A DNA stretch of 60,000 bases from Malacoraja senta (lineage: Eukaryota). Location: assembly GCA_038087875.1 (NCBI GenBank), contig CM075990.1:10046001-10106000 (forward strand), in the 5' to 3' direction. The notes beneath the pieces were generated by a model that worked only from the letters and a program-made list of their open reading frames with translations, did no database searches and was not told the DNA's origin. The stretch's first letter is position 1, and each line of letters starts with the position of its first letter. A program made the position numbers and the translations under genes. Shown one piece after another: positions 52,116 through 60,000 of this stretch.

Positions 52116-54290
52116 CAAAAATACCTGTGGCAATAAACTTGGCCAAACCTGAATTCCAGGGTCAACTTCACAGTCAGCAAGGGAAAGGCTCCTGAGAGCA
52201 GGCACCTTTAGTGCTCAGCTTTTAACTGTGTTTAACACTGGGATCAATTGGTTTTGGAAACTGTTAATATATTGGTTTATTATTGTCACATGCACTGAGA
52301 TACAGTGAAAAACTTTGTTTAGCAATGCTCTCCAACCAAATCATACCATACAGGAATATAATCAAACCATGAACGAGTACCTGAGTCTGAAGAAGGGTCT
52401 CAATTCGAAACACCACCTATCCATTTTCTCCAGAGATGTTGCCTGACCCGCTGAGTTACTCCAGCATTTTGTGTCCATCTTTGGTATAATCAGCATCTGC
52501 GGTTCATTTTGAATACATACGTGAGTGCATCAAGGAGCACGGAAACAGATATGGATGGGGAAATAGTCAAGGTTAATGTACAAAAGTGGTGGAGTCGCCT
52601 AAAGGCCACACACTCTAGCTGTGGTCCAAATTCTTTGGTTCCGACGATAACTGCAATTGTGACCTTGAAGGAAATTATACTTTTAATACTATAGCTGCTC
52701 CAGGGTTCAACAAACATGTGCCCCATTTACCTTTCACAATTGCATTTCCAGTGAATGAGACTGAAAAATGGTCCCCATCCAAAATGTCGCCCATCCATTC
52801 CCTCCACAGATGCTGCCAGACCCGCCGAGCTACTCCAGCACATTATTTTTCCTCAGCATTCCAGCATCCACACTAATCCTGCACTGATTCCATTTTTAAT
52901 TCCCCAATTTGCTGTTAGTTACTCCAGATTTTTACCACTCAGCTATGCACTGGGGACAATTTACAATGAGCAATTGACCTGCCAGCAAATAGTCTTTCCC
53001 TAAGCCAGGTTGCTGTCCGATTCTTCTCCAATCCTATTGAAGACTTTGTCTATGGAACTGATGCGCTCTAATGCTGAGAACAGTATTCTGCACTTTGTGT
53101 CTTCCCCTTTGCTTTACCTATTTTACTTGAATTTAACTTGAATGTACATATGCATGGTATATCTGATCTGTTTGGGCAGCGTGTAAAACAAAGTTATTCA
53201 CTGTACCTTGGTACATGTGACAATGAATAACCTAAACCTAATCTTTGGTCTGGAGTGGCATCTGTTAACTTCAAACACGGCCGCTCAATGCTTCAACTAC
53301 AGGAAAGCGCATCTAGGGCTTTTCAATGTTCACCCTTTGAAGATGTAGGGGGAATCACAGCAGGGGATCTGCCTTCCAAAGACAAACTGCAGTCCACATT
53401 CTTCTGACTAAAGGAAAGGTGAAATATTGAGCATGGAGCTGATATGACAGCTCAGCTCACACTAAATTTCCATGATGAGTTCCGCATGTTCCATCCACTT
53501 TGAAGTCTGGGAGCACCAGCCCTCTATTTGCATTTATCTTAATTCTTTCTGAAAAGTCTACAGCTTCCTTCCTCCTATCGAGGCAAAGATTAAGGGATTA
53601 CGACGGATGATTTGTGAGTAGAGGTTGCATCTAACATTCGCTTGTGTGAATTATTTAGATTTACTGATAAGAGACACTCTGTGAGGTGATCGTGAAGTGG
53701 ACATCAGCAGCGGCCCATCCCATTCCCACATTGGAATTATTAGCAGGGTACGACATTTCACCAAAATAATTAAAACTGTTCTGAAGCAGGCATAATATCT
53801 GTAGAAACCTCTCGTCCAAATAACGTAACGCAAACTTCTGGAAGAACTCAGTGGATCAGGCTGCATCTGGGGAGGAAATGGTCAGGCAACATTTCAGGTC
53901 CAGACCCTTCTTCAGACTGAAAGGACAATGAGTCTGAAGAAGGATTTCAACCCCAATTGTTACCTGTCCGGCCCCTCCACAGATGGACAGGTACATGGAC
54001 AGGCCAGGTTTAGAGGATGTAGGCCAAATGCAGGCAGGTGGGATAGTGTAGATGGAACATGTTGGTCGGCGTGGGTAGGTTTGGTCGAAGAGCCTCCATC
54101 CACGATGTATAACTATGACTATGCAATGCTGAATTCCTGCAGCACTTTTGCTCGAGATTGCAGCAACTGCAATGGCTTGCAGTCCAAGTAACACTAGATT
54201 TTTCTGGCGATATTTTGTATTCCACCTAAAATTATATCACAAGTCCTCAATGACGAAAGTACAGTATAAATGACAGAATTAGGTGGAATT

Positions 54291-54848
54291 CAGTCTGTAG
54301 AAGGGTCTCAACCCAAAAGTCACCTATTCCTTCTCTCCAGAGATGCTGCCTGTCCCGCTGAGTTACTCCAGCATTTAGCGTCTCTCTTCAGTTTAAACGG
54401 TTCCTTCTTACACATTTTGTCTGCTCCACTGTGAAATCTCCTCAAGGTATTTCTTCTTTGAAGAAGTTCTTCTCTCTCCGACGAGAGTTCAGCTACATCC
54501 TCTCTCGCTGCTCCCCCTCTGTGATTCCTCTACGACCTACGGCCATGTATTAACCCAGACTCACTACCACAGCCATGTTTGTTTTCTCGGTGCTTGCCTG
54601 CGTCTCCATCTTCTAGCTCGGGGATTCCAACTCCGGTTCCAGACCTCGCAGTTCGGACCCAACTCGATTACTGGTACCGAGAGTCGATCTGCTTTTTGCA
54701 ATAGTTTTCCTTCCGTGCCCTGCGTTCCACACTTGCTGCGATGGATCAGTCTGAAGAAGGATCTCAACCTGAAACGTTACCCATTCCTTCTCTCCAGAGA
54801 TGCTGCCTGTCCCACTGAGTCACTCCAGCATTTTGTGTCTATCTTCAG
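54291..54848 (+). mobile_element. Penelope-like pLTR - internal segment - pLTR direct-repeat unit
   Basis: Two same-strand pLTR copies with hammerhead-like cores at 54295 and 54751; the start of the internal segment also appears inverted near 42400-42475. Confidence 0.65.
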
Positions 54849-55479
54849 AACAGGTGTTGTTTGCTGCGGATTTTAAATGCCAATGGCAGAGAGTAAATGT
54901 CAGCTTAGCTAACCTAGGTTTTAGATAACATAGCTTTTATGCCTTGCCCAAAAAGGCATAAGAAGAGGGGGCAGCAAATTGATCATTAAATCTTTTCCCC
55001 TTCACCTTAAACCTATGTCCTCTGGTCCTTGGTTCATCTTCTCTAGGCAAGAGACTGTGCATCTACCCGATCTATTCCTCTCATGATTTTATTCTCATGA
55101 TTATCATGATTCATGGGTGTCAAAAGTAATCAAAAACTGGGCTTAGAATACATTGCTTCTCAGTTAGTTGTCCATTGCAGTGGCATTGTAACTCAACCTT
55201 GTGTTTTATATGGAAGGTGGAGGTGTAGATATGATTTTTCCCAAGATTGGAGAAGGTTTTTAGGTCCTTTGTCATATTTCACTTAACATGTTCTTCCATT
55301 TGCAAAACACAAACTGCTCGAGGAACTCAGCGGGCCAGGCAGCATCTATGGACGAAATAGACAGATGACGTTTTGGGTAGGGTCCCTTCTTCAGACCCTG
55401 GGCATCAACAGAGTTCACCTGCTCTTTCTCTATTGACCATGATTAATAAAGAAACAATGGGGTGGAATTTCATTTTAAA

Positions 55480-57760
55480 AGTTTTATGTTCTGTACAGCA
55501 GATATAACAGACAAAAATGATAAGTCAAATGTTGTCAGAAACCACATATTATTCAAAACCCTTTACAATTGCACCGGGTATAATAAATGATATTTTCAGA
55601 GCAGAATCCCACATGCAGTGGTAAAGTTAACTGCACTAAAGGCACAGGTAAAGTACAATATCCATTTGATTTTTTTTTTGAAAAATATATTTCTTAAAAA
55701 GTAGATGTTTATACAATCAAAGTTTCTGCATGCAATTAGTAAGTGTGAACAGCCTGCAAATAGACTCTGTCAGTAAACAGATGTCTAGCGCTTCAAAAAA
55801 AACCTGGAAATTGGAGTCATATTTACTGATCTCCTTCAATGTACTTGATATAATAAACTCAAAAAATATAATACAAGTTAATTTACAAGTATTTTTTATA
55901 GTATCATACATCTTATGCTACAAAAACAAATCCTGATATAAAAAGTTTGTAAATAGTTTTCTGTGATTGCTAATGCATACACTTCAACAAGTTGATTCAA
56001 AAGCATCAAAATAACTTATGCAATATGAATGCAAAATTGAATGTTGCATTAAAACTGACCATTAAAAATGAATACAATAGTACATATCGCTTCTGTAGCT
56101 TTGTAATGACTGTAGCAAATAACTCCTGTAGCAAAGATACTTGGAGTAAAACAGAAGCTGACAAAAAAAAGTGACAAGATTGCAAGCTTTTTTCAGAATG
56201 CAAGGATAAGAAAATCTTGTGGATCAAAAAAAGTTACATTTTCAGAAGTCAGAACATATTTTTTGCTAAGATTCATTCATTAGAAAAACTTAAAAGTAAT
56301 TTTTACAACTCTTCAAAAGTTTTTTTATCCCCTCCTTAATTTGCATGTGCAGTAAGTTTATTTAACCAAGTGTAAATTTAACCAAGCAATTCGCTGGAAC
56401 CAAAGCAGTGGAAAAGTATGTTCAGACAATAGCACCAGTTGCGAAGGCATTGGTTTGATAGAAGCTAGACTGATTAGCTCTGCTAATGAGCTGGCACGTG
56501 CATTATCAGTTGAATGGCCTCCTCTGCATCAAGAATTACAGCAAAATGGAATCTCATTATCCTCAATAACACTATGGCTTACAAAAGCTAAAAGGATTGC
56601 TTGGATAGGAATGAATGGATGATTCATGTGGCCATATTAAAAAGGCCTGTGTCATATGGATCTCAATTGTTTAAAAGTAACAATGTTGTCAAGCATGCAT
56701 GTGGATTCAAAGTATGATTTTTATAGGCCGTAAAAATTGAAATTATTGCTATGCCGACCAATTGCACTTCACTTAAACCATTTACACTGATGGCTTCCAA
56801 CACTAGATCGGCATGAGAAGCATAATTAAAGCATCTTAAAGCCTAAACATAGGGATTTAGCCATTTGTTGCACTGGTCTAGTTTGTGTATGGTTGACAGA
56901 GCTCTTGATTTGCATGTAAAGTTAGAAAAAATACGTTTAAAAAATCTAAATGCAGTTGTCTGATAAACAGGTCATGGTTCCTCTGGGTGAATGGGAAGTA
57001 ACACCCTCCATAATTAAAAAAAATCATTCACAAATGCAGGAAAAGTAACAAAACAAGTTTTGATTCAAAGAAAGGAGATGATACCAATTACTTATTTAAA
57101 TGAACTATACTAAGTCATTGAAATATCACCATAAAAAAAGATGAAAACTGCCAGCAGTTCTGGTCAGTTCCCGAAAGCACATCTGTTTAAAGGAATCATT
57201 TTCATACTTGGCAGTGTCGTTTTCTCTTCCTTTTTCAGTAGAAAGAGAAAAAATAAATCCACAGTGACTGTGACCTTCTAGCTAAAGGTCTACCAAAAAT
57301 ATATATGTTTATCAAAAGAAACTGCTCAACAGACCATTCCTGTGCAAAAGATCTGGTTCCGTAAAACAGACCTTCTAGTCCCACAGTCAAAATGCACATG
57401 GATATTTTGTTGCTTTTTCACATCCCGCCTGATGTACAAGGAAGAACGTGGCTCAACCACAGATTTCAGCGACTACGGTACACAAATGGCCACTACGCAG
57501 CAGATGTCCCATTCTGTAACTTCCAGCATGTGTTCCTCCATTATTTTTGCGTCAAGCTGTTTTGTTTTCGACAAGGAGTCATGGAACGTCGCTCTGTAGC
57601 CCTTTTCAAATCATTCCAGCTTTGGCCAAATTCATTACTTTTTAACATTTAGCCACGGAGTTTGACCCTGGTAGTAGGTAAATACATCGTTCAGAATTTG
57701 TCACTTTGAGCACCAGTCACGAGCAAAATCCACTGATTCCTCATGTAGTTTCAGGAGTAG
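55480..57760 (-). other. Probable 3' UTR of an upstream minus-strand gene
   Basis: About 2.3 kb free of recognisable repeats; U-rich on minus; miRNA seed matches; CATAAA near 55485. Confidence 0.45.
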
Positions 57761-57934
57761 AAACATACATGTACCTCACTGTGCTCAGATTAGAGACTAG
57801 GGTTTTCTAATATGTAGCACAGGTTGAACACGTGTTTTAAAAAAAAGGTTTAACATTTCACCTGTCTGTTGACTGATTTGCTTGTCTGTGGGACATTAGT
57901 TAATAAACAAATTTATGGATCCTGGTGTTTACGT

Positions 57935-58270
57935 GCAGCTGATAGCGCTGCTGCCTCACAGTGAAGTGACAGAGATCTGGCTTCAATTCTGACCTTGGTT
58001 GTAGTCTGTGTGGAGTTTGAATGTTCTCCTTGTGCCAATTTGGGTTTCCTGCAAGGGTTCTAGTTTCCTCCCACATCTCAAAGATGTACACATTGGTAAG
58101 TTAATTGGCCACTAAAAATGTTCCTAGTGTGCAGGTGAGTGGCAAAATCTGGGAAAGCTGTTGAGGATGGTACAGAAAATGGGATTGATGTAGGTTTAGT
58201 GTAAATGGATGGTTAATGGTTGGCGTGGACATGATGGGCTGAAGAGCTTGTTTCTGTGCTTTACCTCTCT
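57935..58270 (+). mobile_element. Older tRNA-derived SINE copy
   Basis: Diverged central domain and CR1-like tail. Confidence 0.7.
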
Positions 58271-58369
58271 GTAGCATTAGTACTGCTACCTACAATCACA
58301 TCTTACCCCTTCATCTTAGGATCAGATGGCTTCCCTCCAGGGATTAAAGGAAGTGGGTGAGAACATTGA

Positions 58370-59860
58370 AGATACCCTGACAATAACTTTCCACAGTTCC
58401 CTCAATTCAACAAGCAATGTACTGCATGTCTCTCTTTGGAGATCTTTAGGTGGTCAGATACAGCCAGCATATGAAAGGTGAAGCATGCCTATTGAAAAAC
58501 TGCCATGCTTATGAACGTTATGGCAGTACCTTTTTGAACTGCTGCAATTTGCATGGTGAATGTGTTCTCACAGTTTTTAGGAAGTATGTTTCTGGATATT
58601 GATGAAGTGGCAGTGAAGGAGCAACAAAATTATTTCTACATCAGATAGGCCGTGATGGACGGATACTTGTTTTTTACAGACTGCTTGAAAAGATGAGGAA
58701 GTGTAGCCTTATGCTTGCTGTTCTTATCAATTTGGGTAGTAAAGGTTGTGGTTTGGAAGGTGTTCTTGACATTGTGGTGAGTTGTTACAGTATATCTTGA
58801 GTCAATAGTACGTAAATAATGGAGTAAGTGTTTGTGGTGGGGGATGGGGTGGCAAATAAATGGGCTGCTTTTTCTTGGATGGTGTTGCTGCTGAAATGTC
58901 ATTGTAGCTGCATTCAACGAGCAAACTGGAAAGCATTCTGAAAGATACTCAAAATGCTGGAGTAACTCAGTGGGACAGGCAGCATTTCTGGAGAGAAGTA
59001 ATGGGTGACGTTTCGGGACAAGACCCTTCTACAGACTGATGTCAGGTGAAGAAGGGACTCAACCCGAAACATTACTCCTGCATTTTATGTCTATCTTTGG
59101 TTTAAACCAGCATCTGCAGTTCCTTCATAAGCATTCTGAAAGGTTCTGGGAATTTGACCTCAGCCAGATTTTTCTAGCCACAGGATTTAGATGAGTGGTT
59201 GATTTAAGTTTCTGGTCAATGGTGGTTGACAATATTGTTGATGGGGACTAGCTATGCATAATACTAAGTGTCAAAGGGATGTCGTCAGAACCTCAGTTGG
59301 AGCTGGACATTGCCGGGCACATGTGGAGCAACCATTATTATTTATTACCACACTCCTGAATGCTGGTCAGGTTTTGCTGCACGTGGGTAGAGACTGTTTA
59401 TGAGAAGTAAGAAGCATAAATGAATGTTATGCAATCATCACTGAACAATCCCACTTCTGACTTTGTAAAGGACGGCGGGTGATAGAGCTGAACAATTTGG
59501 CCTGAGACAGTACCTTGAGGTGCTCCCACTATTATGTCTTGGTGCTGAGAGGATAGAATAACAACACCCACAAAACAATTGCTTTGAGGTAGGACAATAG
59601 GAAGGATTTTCCTTAAAGCCCATTAGCATTAATCTTGCCTGGTTCCTTGCTGTACAATTGGTCAATGGTTGCCTTGTTGCTAAGGTCTGGGGTTCATTAA
59701 CCTTGTCAAGACCCAAATTGAGCATCAGTGAGCAGCTTGAGTGAGCTTCCTCTTGCTGATGAGAGATAGCAGATTGATAGCATGGATTGGGTTTTATAGA
59801 ACAGACCTACCCATACAAAGTTGCACAATGTCAGGTGGATGCTGTACTGGAACAGCATAT
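58370..59860 (-). mobile_element. Old degenerate LINE related to the 37.1-37.8 kb fragment, with a nested Penelope insert
   Basis: Similar degenerate LINE sequence; nested insert 58945-59128 with 14-bp TSD. Confidence 0.55.
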
Positions 59861-59877
59861 CTGAAACAGACATAGAG

Positions 59878-60000
59878 GTGGCATGGCGGCGCAGTTACTG
59901 CCTTACAGCGGCAGAGACCTGGGTTCGATCCTGACTACGGGTGCTGACTGTACGGAGTTTGCACTTCTTCCCGTGACCTGCAAGGGTTTTCTCCAGTACC
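59878..60000 (+). mobile_element. tRNA-derived SINE, cut by the window edge
   Basis: GGCATGGCGGCGCAG...GGGTTCGATCCTGACTACGGGTGC. Confidence 0.8.

Overview
This window is vertebrate genomic DNA. The repeat content (HE1/V-SINE-like tRNA SINEs, CR1-type LINEs, Penelope-like elements) points to a cartilaginous fish such as a skate or ray; that assignment is inference. The main feature is a complete minus-strand gene for a cGMP-dependent protein kinase of the PRKG2 type. I assembled 18 coding exons by hand from ATG 47743 to TGA 8198, giving 2250 nt and 749 aa, with all GT-AG junctions in phase. It has an MGNGS myristoylation start, a coiled coil, two cNMP-binding domains, a kinase domain and an AGC tail, and may be the PRKG2 paralogue often called prkg3/prkg2-like. 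Introns and flanks are dense in mobile DNA: dozens of short Penelope pseudo-LTR derivatives carrying a minimal hammerhead-ribozyme motif (often as inverted pairs with 13-17 bp TSDs), palindromic Harbinger-type MITEs with TTA TSDs, an internally deleted Gypsy LTR element, a Rex1 LINE, CR1 fragments and GC-rich SINE-like elements. Notable oddities are a decayed tandem duplicate of kinase exon 8 that keeps its splice sites, an in-frame upstream ATG that would abolish myristoylation, and a tail-only retro-insertion in the 3' UTR. A repeat-free 2.3 kb block at about 55.5-57.8 kb looks like the 3' UTR of an upstream minus-strand gene.
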